Source: a virus. From it: a stretch of DNA of 64,000 bases. How positions within the stretch are numbered: position 1 is the first letter of the stretch; each line of letters opens with the position of its first letter. The translations under genes and the position numbers were made by a program. Of the stretch, positions 52,626 through 60,588 are shown piece after piece. The stretch is taken from IMG/VR virus record IMGVR_UViG_3300045988_142085, positions 160,001 to 224,000 of that record; one strand, 5' to 3'. The notes beneath the pieces were generated by a model, which made no database searches, was not told where the DNA came from, and saw only the letters and a list, made by a program, of their open reading frames with translations.

Positions 52626-54341
52626 TTAAAAGTCTATTTGGTTCTTAATTAGAACGTTCCAATTAGCCAAATAATAATCGTTACCATTTCTCCATACTGT
52701 AACTAATCCAGTATGAGTTCTAGTTTCTTTATCGTATATAGATATTACAGTATAATCGGCATCATCATATGTTATATATGCAGCATTATCTGTAACTTTT
52801 TTATATTCGAATCGATAGTTTTCTCCACGCTTAAATTTAACGGCAGATACTATCATATTCTTAATATCGTTAGGAATAATTACTCGATGAGATGATTCTT
52901 GATTATACACATACATACCGATATCTTTATGTACTTGTTTAGAATAACGATACACATTTAAATAATGAATCATGTCGAGCAATTCTTCATAAGGATTAAT
53001 TTGCACGAACCGATCGATAACTTTATCGTAATAATTAGATAATGTTACGTCGTTGTTGCCGATACAATCTGTAAAATAATGATAATATTTATTTACGTCT
53101 TCTAATTCAAACTCTTCTTTTAAGAATGCCAATAAGCCAGTCTGTTCATAACGGAGAGTTTCTTCGATATATTTATGTTCGATATCTTGATCGATATTAA
53201 ATAAACATATCGGACTTAAAATATTATTATCTTTATCGGATAAATAGCTAAAGTAATTGCCGTCATAAATAGAATTACCTTGTGTCGGCAAATCGATTAC
53301 TAAATTGTCGATTTCTTTTTTAACCAAAACTTGATCGGCTGCTAATCCTTCAACATCTGTTATGCAGAAATAAATAGGGTCAATATCTTGATATTGATTA
53401 GCACCATCGATAAGTGCCGTTATTTCACCATCTTCGACGATAATTTTAGGCATTTGTAAAATAGGATTATCGATATGTTTGCTGAGTAACATGCTAATTG
53501 CTAATTTAGTATCTTCATCGAAAGACTGATATGCTAATGGCAAATAACGAAGGCTATCTGTTAAATCGCTTATCTTAGTTGCAATAATATTTAATTTATC
53601 CCAGATAAGATTAGCCGAAGTTAAAGATGGATGAATCGTATAATAAGAATTAATAATATTCTGATCCAAGATTAAATCGATACGATATAAATAATCTTTA
53701 TCTAAAAATCCTAAATCGATATTTTCATCTTTAAAAGTTATAGTATCTTGATACTCATAAAACTTACCGGTAAATTTATATAAATTAATTTTACCTTCTA
53801 AGAATCCATTTATGATATTAGGATGCAATAAAGACTGATTATCAGAGTTTAAATAAAGAGAGCTATTATTATCGATATTATTATAAAAATTATTAGCATT
53901 ATAATGTTTAATCGCCGCTAATAATAAATAAAATAGTCGATACTTATTCTTCTCTTCTTGATTAGTCATATAAGAAAAATATAAAGTTTCGACTAAATTT
54001 AATCCGCGCTCATCAGATACTTTAATAATAAAATCCTTTAAATCTTTATTTAACTCATCGTTGAATATTAAATTATTTAAATACGTTAGCTGATATTCTA
54101 ATCCTTCTGGGTATACTTCGATATATTTATCTTCAGATTGTCCATCAGGTCCTTTACTAAATACTCGATAGATACCAGACTGTAAATCGTTAATAATAAC
54201 AGTCGGTTCTTCTAGTTCGTATTTAGTTAATTCATTTCCATCATCGACATATAGTTCTATATGACCATTAAAATAATCGTTACAATAGAGGGCAACGAAT
54301 GTCTCAAATTGCCACAAAAAAGTAATACTAGATGTGCTCAA
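52626..54341 (-). CDS. hypothetical tail protein (571 aa)
   Basis: Long ORF; 14-bp overlap with the 414-aa gene. Confidence 0.5.
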   Translation of the reverse strand: MSTSSITFLWQFETFVALYCNDYFNGHIELYVDDGNELTKYELEEPTVIINDLQSGIYRVFSKGPDGQSEDKYIEVYPEGLEYQLTYLNNLIFNDELNKDLKDFIIKVSDERGLNLVETLYFSYMTNQEEKNKYRLFYLLLAAIKHYNANNFYNNIDNNSSLYLNSDNQSLLHPNIINGFLEGKINLYKFTGKFYEYQDTITFKDENIDLGFLDKDYLYRIDLILDQNIINSYYTIHPSLTSANLIWDKLNIIATKISDLTDSLRYLPLAYQSFDEDTKLAISMLLSKHIDNPILQMPKIIVEDGEITALIDGANQYQDIDPIYFCITDVEGLAADQVLVKKEIDNLVIDLPTQGNSIYDGNYFSYLSDKDNNILSPICLFNIDQDIEHKYIEETLRYEQTGLLAFLKEEFELEDVNKYYHYFTDCIGNNDVTLSNYYDKVIDRFVQINPYEELLDMIHYLNVYRYSKQVHKDIGMYVYNQESSHRVIIPNDIKNMIVSAVKFKRGENYRFEYKKVTDNAAYITYDDADYTVISIYDKETRTHTGLVTVWRNGNDYYLANWNVLIKNQIDF

Positions 54342-55572
54342 GTCCTTCGCCGCCTCCTTCTTTTTTATCGGTAACGTTATCCGTTACAATTACAATATTG
54401 CCATTTTCATCGAGACGATATTTAGTAGCGTCTTCTTCGTCGACTGTTTTAATATCTTTTCTGAAATTAGAATAATCTGGCAACTTACTATCTTTACGTT
54501 TTTCTGTTTTTCTAAATTCATCGTAAGACGGAATATTACTATTATCTTTTTTAGGATCTAAACGATATTTACTGTAATCAGGAATATCCTTAGAATCGCG
54601 AATTTTGCCGTCTAAGCGATATTTAGAATAGTCAGGTACATCACGTCTAGACGTATACAAAGACGTTCTAAAGTTGTCATATTCTTTATTTATTTTAACT
54701 CTTTTATGTTCGAGGAATCTGACTTTCTTTTGTTTTTTAGAAAGCAATGCTTGAGATGGATAATATTGTTCAGCTTCTGTACGTAAATCGTAATAATCTT
54801 TTTTAAGCTGTGCCATCTTTTCAGATTCTTTTTCGCCCATAAATTGATCGGCTAATTTTTTATATTTACGATTAAGTGCTTCCATATAAGATTTAAAAGA
54901 ATAATATCCATCTTTAGAAAGCTCGAGCACGTGTTGCCCATATTGAATCTTAGGATTGTAACGAGAAATTTTTGCATTTGTCGTCGTTAACCATGGATTA
55001 GATTCTATGATGCTTTTTTCATTTATTTTATAATAGTCATTAGACTCTGTCATATAATCGATATCGGTCGCATAATAATGATATGTATTTTCTGTTAAGA
55101 TATCGTTAATCGACATAATCTGACCTTCGTCTATAATCGTACAGTTATAGACGCTAATAGTAGATTGATGGCCATATTCATTCGCAAAAGATAATGTTAC
55201 GTCGAATACAGGTAATTCATCCATTAAATAATGTTTATTTAAATAATTGCCTCTTTTAGTAACTTCATCAAATATTTCATAAATAACATGTTTATCTAAT
55301 ACTGCAAATACAATAGAGCCGGCGATAGTTCTTGGGCCGCTTACATACGTAATAGCATTAACATCACCTAATGTTCGTATAGGAGATTTCTCTTGATGAA
55401 TACTATAAGAGAAAGTTTGAACACTCCCGAAAACATAAGAAATCATATCTTGTCCTGGGATCGTGATATTTACAGATGCCACAATATCGCATCCACTATA
55501 GGATGTATATGTTCTTGTATATTTAGAAGTCTGAATAACTTCCTTATTCCCTAAAGAATAATCAGTTGGCAT
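54328..55572 (-). CDS. tail-tube paralog with extended repeat-containing C-terminus (414 aa), possibly a baseplate tube initiator or tube-associated protein
   Basis: ATG at 55570..55572. The N-terminal ~190 aa are homologous to both exons of the split tube gene (TSKYTRTYTSYSGCDIVAS...; LPVFDVTLSFANEYGHQSTISVYNC vs PPFDITLSFANEYGQSAVMVIYGC). The C-terminus carries a tandem [DI]PDYSKYRLD peptide repeat about four times. Confidence 0.6.
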   Translation of the reverse strand: MPTDYSLGNKEVIQTSKYTRTYTSYSGCDIVASVNITIPGQDMISYVFGSVQTFSYSIHQEKSPIRTLGDVNAITYVSGPRTIAGSIVFAVLDKHVIYEIFDEVTKRGNYLNKHYLMDELPVFDVTLSFANEYGHQSTISVYNCTIIDEGQIMSINDILTENTYHYYATDIDYMTESNDYYKINEKSIIESNPWLTTTNAKISRYNPKIQYGQHVLELSKDGYYSFKSYMEALNRKYKKLADQFMGEKESEKMAQLKKDYYDLRTEAEQYYPSQALLSKKQKKVRFLEHKRVKINKEYDNFRTSLYTSRRDVPDYSKYRLDGKIRDSKDIPDYSKYRLDPKKDNSNIPSYDEFRKTEKRKDSKLPDYSNFRKDIKTVDEEDATKYRLDENGNIVIVTDNVTDKKEGGGEGLEHI

Positions 55573-55807
55573 ATTTCACCTTTAAGTTGTATAGCTTCAT
55601 ATATTGTTTTACTCTATTATCGACTAACGTAATAATATGAGTCTTGAGCTCGATGTTGTGCTCATAAATAATGTCATAGCAAACTTTTAACATTTCTGAC
55701 TTCATATCATCAGGATATTCGCCAGAAACTAGGACATCATTTATCAATGTTTGTAAGCCACGATTTAAGTATAAAAAGATTTGATTTGTGTTTTCTTGAG
55801 GATTCAC
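55562..55807 (-). CDS. small hypothetical protein (81 aa), GTG start
   Basis: GTG at 55805..55807 with AAGGAG 8 nt upstream; it overlaps the start of the 414-aa gene by 11 bp. Confidence 0.45.
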   Translation of the reverse strand: MNPQENTNQIFLYLNRGLQTLINDVLVSGEYPDDMKSEMLKVCYDIIYEHNIELKTHIITLVDNRVKQYMKLYNLKVKYAN

Positions 55808-55821
55808 GCCTAATTCTCCTT

Positions 55822-55856
55822 AGAAAAATAAAAAGGCGAGGAAAAACTTCCTCGCC
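55822..55856 (-). terminator. rho-independent terminator (minus strand) downstream of tube exon 2
   Basis: Minus-strand RNA reads GGCGAGGAA-GUUU-UUCCUCGCC (9-bp perfect stem, plus 55835..55856) followed by UUUUUAUUUUU (plus 55823..55834 aaaaataaaaa). It lies right after the tube stop at 55864. Confidence 0.8.
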
Positions 55857-55863
55857 GAATTTA

Positions 55864-57481
55864 TTAATACTTGTTATCAAGTAAATATTTATTTTCTACT
55901 GGTTGCAAGTAATCAACAGAGCGAGCAATGTAAGTACAAGCTTTATCAGTAGTTGTGGAGTCAACAGAGAAGCTAGATGCTTCGTTCAAAATTTCGCAGC
56001 CATAGATAACCATAACTGCGGACTGACCGTATTCATTCGCAAATGACAAAGTAATGTCGAATGGAGGAATTTCATCAGAATATTTTGGCGTAGACTGAAT
56101 AGCTACGTTTTGCGTAACTTTGAATGGGTTAGTAGAAGCTACTTGGCTATCGTTACCGTTAGAACCCAAGGAGTTAACTACCATGTTAGTTAATTTTGTA
56201 TCCCATTCAGTAATTGTGTACGGTTGATAGTTAATATCGCCACCGATACGTTGGAAGTAAGCTGCTTTAGCAGCACGAACAGCAAGTGCGTCGACTAGAG
56301 CATCACGGTCGAATAATGTGAATACAATAGTACCTGCAATACCTCTTTTTGGATCTAGTCTTTAGTTTTAACTAAAGTCGAGACTATATCTTCATCCCTG
56401 GTACGATCGAATTTTCTTTTTAAACATAGGCATCCATCATAATAAATAATTTTTAATAATTCTCGCGCTGTTTTAAAATTATAAGTTATAACATAAATAT
56501 TTTCTTTGCCTTTTTTATTTACAGCGTTTGTGTTATGTGGATATAATAATTTTGTCTTTTCATTTAATTCTTTTAGAAAAATTTCATTGCCTAATATTCT
56601 TAATCTAGCGCCAATATAAATTTTATCACCTTTATAACCTTTTGTAGAATCTATATTCCCATCGCCATCAATTATTCCACGAATAAAATCACGAAGATAT
56701 TTGTTTGGAACTTTTGGAAATCTAATTTCTTCAGTTTTTTTATTGCTAGTCATTGAAAAATATTTTTTTAATTTTTTAGTCATTTTAATATTAAAAAATG
56801 ATGCTCTATAAGAATTTGTTTTTTCTCTAAAAACAACTTCTTTTTCTGGACATATGTAATCATTTAATTTTTTTACCATATATCCATCTTTTTCATTAAG
56901 CTCAAAAATGATTCCACTATTCGTTAATGAACCATCTGCTGCTAAAAAACCAAGAAAATAATATTTTTCAGGTGATTCTTTTTCTAAAATATCAAAGTTA
57001 TAATTATATATTGCCATATTTATGACCTCCTTATATATCTATTATATTACAAGAAGATAAATATAGCAATACCTATATTACCCAGGGAGCTCTGCACTTC
57101 CATCAGCTGTTATGATGTACTCCTTACGGATAGTCGTTGAGGCGCTTAAGCTGCCTGCTGATTGCCCAATCCTTTAGATTATCACACTTTGGTACTAAAG
57201 GCTCTAAGGGGTTTCCAGCATATCACAGAGTTTAATTATGCATTGCATTACTGCAAAGGAGAAGCAAAAGTGGTATTCTTACCTCTCGAAATGGAGCGAG
57301 GCTCTGCTGAACCAAATGTGTAAACCGGAGCTTTCTCACGGTTAATAGAAACTGTAATACCTTGAATTTCAGCAACTACTTCGGAACCGAATGTAGCTAC
57401 AATATCACAGCCAGAGAAAGTAGTATAACTACGAGTGTATTCAGACGCTGTAGTTACACCAGAGTTATTAGAGTAAGCCAT
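55864..57481 (-). CDS. tail tube protein gene split by a group I intron (exon 1 about 57290..57481; exon 2 about 55864..56343)
   Basis: Exon 1 (ATG 57479..57481) ends ...FGSAEPRSI. Exon 2, read in its frame from about 56343, gives ...(I)AGTIVFTLFDRDALVD...PPFDITLSFANEYGQSAVMVIYGCEILNE..., ending at stop 55864. The two together are collinear with the N-terminal domain of the 414-aa paralog (SGPRTIAGSIVF spans the junction). The exon-1 frame hits a stop 13 codons into the intron, and the exon-2 frame has a TAA at 56362..56364. Exact splice junctions are not resolved (about 10 nt either way). Confidence 0.75.
56344..57289 (-). mobile_element. group I intron (about 946 nt) with an embedded homing-endonuclease ORF
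   Basis: Minus-strand RNA contains a conserved R-like element UCAACGACUA (plus 57131..57140) and an S-like element AAGAUAUAGUC (plus 56382..56392) able to form P7. A P9-like hairpin CUUUAGUU-AAAA-CUAAAG sits just before the 3' end. Candidate omega-G lies in AAAAAGAGG at about 56344..56346. The region is GC-richer and more structured than the flanks. Confidence 0.8.
56355..57017 (-). CDS. LAGLIDADG homing endonuclease (220 aa), intron-encoded, double-motif
   Basis: Motifs YFLGFLAADGSL and FIRGIIDGDGNI; AAGGAGG 8 nt upstream of the ATG. Its 3' end overlaps the intron S/P9 elements and stops 8-12 nt before the predicted 3' splice site. Confidence 0.85.
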   Translation of the reverse strand: MAIYNYNFDILEKESPEKYYFLGFLAADGSLTNSGIIFELNEKDGYMVKKLNDYICPEKEVVFREKTNSYRASFFNIKMTKKLKKYFSMTSNKKTEEIRFPKVPNKYLRDFIRGIIDGDGNIDSTKGYKGDKIYIGARLRILGNEIFLKELNEKTKLLYPHNTNAVNKKGKENIYVITYNFKTARELLKIIYYDGCLCLKRKFDRTRDEDIVSTLVKTKD

Positions 57482-57493
57482 GTGTTAAATAAT

Positions 57494-57521
57494 GGGGCGG
57501 AAGTTATCCGCCCCCTCCTTC
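57494..57521 (-). promoter_or_regulatory. GC-rich hairpin between the SD and start codon of the tube gene (structured RBS or weak sheath-tube attenuator)
   Basis: Minus-strand RNA reads GAAGGAG-GGGGCGGA-UAACU-UCCGCCCC-AUUAUUUAACAC-AUG. The only SD-like sequence lies about 35 nt upstream of the ATG unless the 8-bp GC stem loops out. The stem is followed by a weak U-tract (AUUAUUU). Confidence 0.5.
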
Positions 57522-57536
57522 TTTATTTAAAAACTA

Positions 57537-60500
57537 TTAGGTACCAGGTTGACGAATTTGAATGTAGTTATTGATTTGACGAATTTCGTTAAATGGCATA
57601 ATAGTGTAATTGATATCAATATAAGTATATTGAAGAGCAGTTACGTCATTAGCAATATCGAAAATATAGTCATATAATAAAACACCTTTAAGTTTATTCA
57701 ACTCAGATGTCAAACCTGTGCGGATAGCATCACGAACGGAGTTTTTGTTTTGTTTGCCGATGAACGGTTCACAAACACGGCGGATAGCTCTTTCAACAGC
57801 ACCAATGATACGAACGCTGTTCAAGCGAGATAATGCATCAGTTGGATCAGCCATTGTACAGCCATCAGTTACTACATAACCACGAGTAAATGTGTTTTTA
57901 ACTGTTACGATACCTTTCTTAGTCAAATCAGAGATTTGAGTAGTAGTCAATTCGAACAATGGATTAACACCGATTTTTTGGTTAGTAGGAGATTGTTCTA
58001 CAGGCAATGCAGAAACCATACCAGCGTAAGCGCCAGCACCGTTGCCTACATAAGCGTAAGTAGAATTGTAAACAGGTACATTGTTTTGGAAGAAAGTACA
58101 AGAAATTGCGCGACCGATATCGACAGGCATACCGTCATCATCGATTACAGATTGACCGTTAGCACGTTTCAAATCGAGATGTAAATCAAGATTTTTAAGG
58201 TCTTGGAATTTTTGTTCTACACCAGACAATGTATAGTCAGAGATACGTTCCATACCAATTACGCCATGAGTATGTGCAGTTTTTAATTCTGTGTACATAC
58301 AATGTTGAGCGAATTGGCGAGCGAAGTTATCTGGAGTGCGGTAAGGAATACGCATAGTATAATCGTAATCGATTGTACGGTCAGCTTTAAGATTAGCTAA
58401 TGCTACTTTACCACCAACCAAAACTGGTTCCAATACTTCTTCGATAAGAGCGTCTTTTTCTACGATACCGTTATCTGTCATTTCAACAGCAAATGTATCG
58501 GCAAAGTTTACGTTATCTTTTAAGTCGGAAATAAATTCTGCTACAGTACGATAGTTAAAGTCTGTTACGGAAATAATAACACGGTTATCGACGCAATCAA
58601 AGTTTTCAACGTAAGCTAATACTTTATCGTCGCGAGATTCTTTATTAATAAGAATATCGTATTCACCGATTGGAGTTACTTGACCGCCGTCATATTTACC
58701 GACATAAAGAACGTCGTTTACAGACAACAATACATATTTAGCAGTGCCAGCAGTTGCAGCAGAAGCAGCAGCTGTAGTTGCATAATATGCAGCAGTAGTT
58801 GCATCAGCATCAGACAACAAACCGTTCATAGCTGTATCGTATTGAAGATCTGTAAGAGCAGTGATGTCTTTAAATGTTACTGTGTTGCCAGTAGCAGGTT
58901 CAGCTTCAATAATTTTATCGCTAGTTACAAAATGTTTGAATTTTTGATGAGCAGATACTGCAGGTTGAAGTTTGCCGTCAAATGTAATAGATTTAACTTC
59001 TTTAGTATCTTGTAAGAAGAATGTTTGACCGACTTCGTAAGTTTTATTATCTAAATCGAGAGCTGCTTCATTAGCTACAGTCGGAATAACTGTAAATACT
59101 TCATTTTGATAAATAGCATCGTCAACGATAGCATTAGCATCATCGATTTTTACGAAACTAAATTTGTAAGAACGAGGTGCGTGTTTTACGTCTTTAGTGT
59201 TAATTACTGGAGTTAATTTAAACATTTCTGTATCGACTACAGGAGCACCGGCTGCTACAGTATTAACCATAGCTACATCGATAGGGAATGCTTTTAAGAA
59301 ATCTTTTGGTTTAGGTAAACGGCCACCAATTACTGTGTCAGCACAGATTTGGGAACCCAATACACGATAAGGCATATCAGCATTTTGCAATACAGAGTAA
59401 GCACCTTCACCGATAGCAGTGATGTATTGTTTATCTTTTACTTCAGATTCTTTAACACGAGGAGTTAAATATTGACCAGTAGAGTTTGTACGAGGGAATG
59501 CAGTTGCAGTTACTGCGAAACCAGAACCTAACTTCATGTACTTTTGGAAGTTAGTCATATTAGTATCTTCATAATCTTTATCGTCTTCTTCGAACGCTAA
59601 TGCAGATGCACCAGGAGTCAAAAGATAATCGTTATGAGAATACATTTTTAAACCGACAGTAACGAAAGCTTCGTTCAAATCTTTATCCATTACAGAGTAA
59701 ATAGGGTACTCAGCATTAACGTCTGTGTTAATACGCAATGTATGGAAGTATTTACCAGTGAAGGAACTGAAAGGTTTAGGAGATTTTTTATTTTTAATTA
59801 CATGTGTACGAACTTCTGTACGACATGGAATCAAAGAACGTTTACGGCCGATGAAATATGTACCAGGGAAAATAGAGCCCATAGCCAAATCATAGGAGTC
59901 GTTGCGAAGAGTAACGTCTTGGCCTTTTTTGTTTACGATAGAAAGAGTCACTACGTTATTCAATTGGTGTTTATTGATATAACGAATTACTTCGCTAATA
60001 GTAGTGTCGGCATTAAAACCAGCACCCATCAAACCTAATTGAATATCGATTTTGATCATTTCATTTTCATCGTTAACCATTGCATTGTAACGTTCGTAAG
60101 CAGTTGCTTTGGAAACTGGTTTATACAATGTGAAAACTTCTTGACCAGGAGTATTATCGAAAGTGAAGTATACTTGTTTTGCTTTATTGGAAGGGAAACG
60201 AGATTTTACACGTAAACGAAGAGTATCGTCAGAACGCAATTTAAAATCTTTTTGAGCTTCGGAACCACCAATACGGAAACCATAAAGAGTACGGCAACCA
60301 GAGTTGTAAGCATCGGACAATGCTGCAGTTAGGTCTACTTCACGTTTAGTTGTGCGATCATAAGTATCGCCATAAGTATATTTAGCATATGTTGGATCAT
60401 AAATAGGTACTGGAACACCGTTAGGACCATCAAATGCTGTACCGATACAAAGAACTGCGTCAGTTGTACCGAATTGAGAATCGTCATAAAGTTTTTTCTT

Positions 60501-60569
60501 TACAGAATTGACTTCGACGAATACACCAGGAAGATCTCGAAGGATTTCCTCTTTAAAGGTGAAAGCCAT
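57537..60569 (-). CDS. contractile tail sheath protein (1010 aa from ATG 60567..60569; the ORF track's TTG start at 60599 is unlikely)
   Basis: N-terminus MAFTFKEEILRDLPGVFVEV has the sheath PGV[FY]VEE motif. The C-terminal ~100 aa (RIIGAVERAIRRV...GVLLYDYIFDIANDVTALQYTYIDINYTIMPFNEIRQ) follow the conserved sheath C-terminal domain pattern (compare T4 gp18 ...GGIYEYRVVCD...FYIQPARSINYITLNF). AAGAGG lies 8 nt upstream of the internal ATG. Confidence 0.8.
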   Translation of the reverse strand: MAFTFKEEILRDLPGVFVEVNSVKKKLYDDSQFGTTDAVLCIGTAFDGPNGVPVPIYDPTYAKYTYGDTYDRTTKREVDLTAALSDAYNSGCRTLYGFRIGGSEAQKDFKLRSDDTLRLRVKSRFPSNKAKQVYFTFDNTPGQEVFTLYKPVSKATAYERYNAMVNDENEMIKIDIQLGLMGAGFNADTTISEVIRYINKHQLNNVVTLSIVNKKGQDVTLRNDSYDLAMGSIFPGTYFIGRKRSLIPCRTEVRTHVIKNKKSPKPFSSFTGKYFHTLRINTDVNAEYPIYSVMDKDLNEAFVTVGLKMYSHNDYLLTPGASALAFEEDDKDYEDTNMTNFQKYMKLGSGFAVTATAFPRTNSTGQYLTPRVKESEVKDKQYITAIGEGAYSVLQNADMPYRVLGSQICADTVIGGRLPKPKDFLKAFPIDVAMVNTVAAGAPVVDTEMFKLTPVINTKDVKHAPRSYKFSFVKIDDANAIVDDAIYQNEVFTVIPTVANEAALDLDNKTYEVGQTFFLQDTKEVKSITFDGKLQPAVSAHQKFKHFVTSDKIIEAEPATGNTVTFKDITALTDLQYDTAMNGLLSDADATTAAYYATTAAASAATAGTAKYVLLSVNDVLYVGKYDGGQVTPIGEYDILINKESRDDKVLAYVENFDCVDNRVIISVTDFNYRTVAEFISDLKDNVNFADTFAVEMTDNGIVEKDALIEEVLEPVLVGGKVALANLKADRTIDYDYTMRIPYRTPDNFARQFAQHCMYTELKTAHTHGVIGMERISDYTLSGVEQKFQDLKNLDLHLDLKRANGQSVIDDDGMPVDIGRAISCTFFQNNVPVYNSTYAYVGNGAGAYAGMVSALPVEQSPTNQKIGVNPLFELTTTQISDLTKKGIVTVKNTFTRGYVVTDGCTMADPTDALSRLNSVRIIGAVERAIRRVCEPFIGKQNKNSVRDAIRTGLTSELNKLKGVLLYDYIFDIANDVTALQYTYIDINYTIMPFNEIRQINNYIQIRQPGT

Positions 60570-60588
60570 ATTTAAACCTCTTAAGAAA

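Noticed and set aside
57282-57300. Attempt to assign exact splice junctions / P1 pairing (a CUCG-CUCCAUUU-CGAG hairpin around the exon-1 end; AGAGGUA present at both exon-proximal ends)
   Set aside because: No assignment satisfies exon-U / omega-G and an in-frame join at the same time. Junctions are left approximate (about 10 nt either way); cDNA or a covariance-model alignment is needed.
25659-60569. Alternative reading as a tailocin / extracellular contractile injection system with giant toxin effectors
   Set aside because: An intron, an intein and two homing endonucleases in structural genes, neck-type genes upstream of the sheath, and an extensive multi-fibre set fit a bona fide (large) phage better. 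No AAA+ ATPase or known toxin motifs were seen. Not excluded without flanking sequence.
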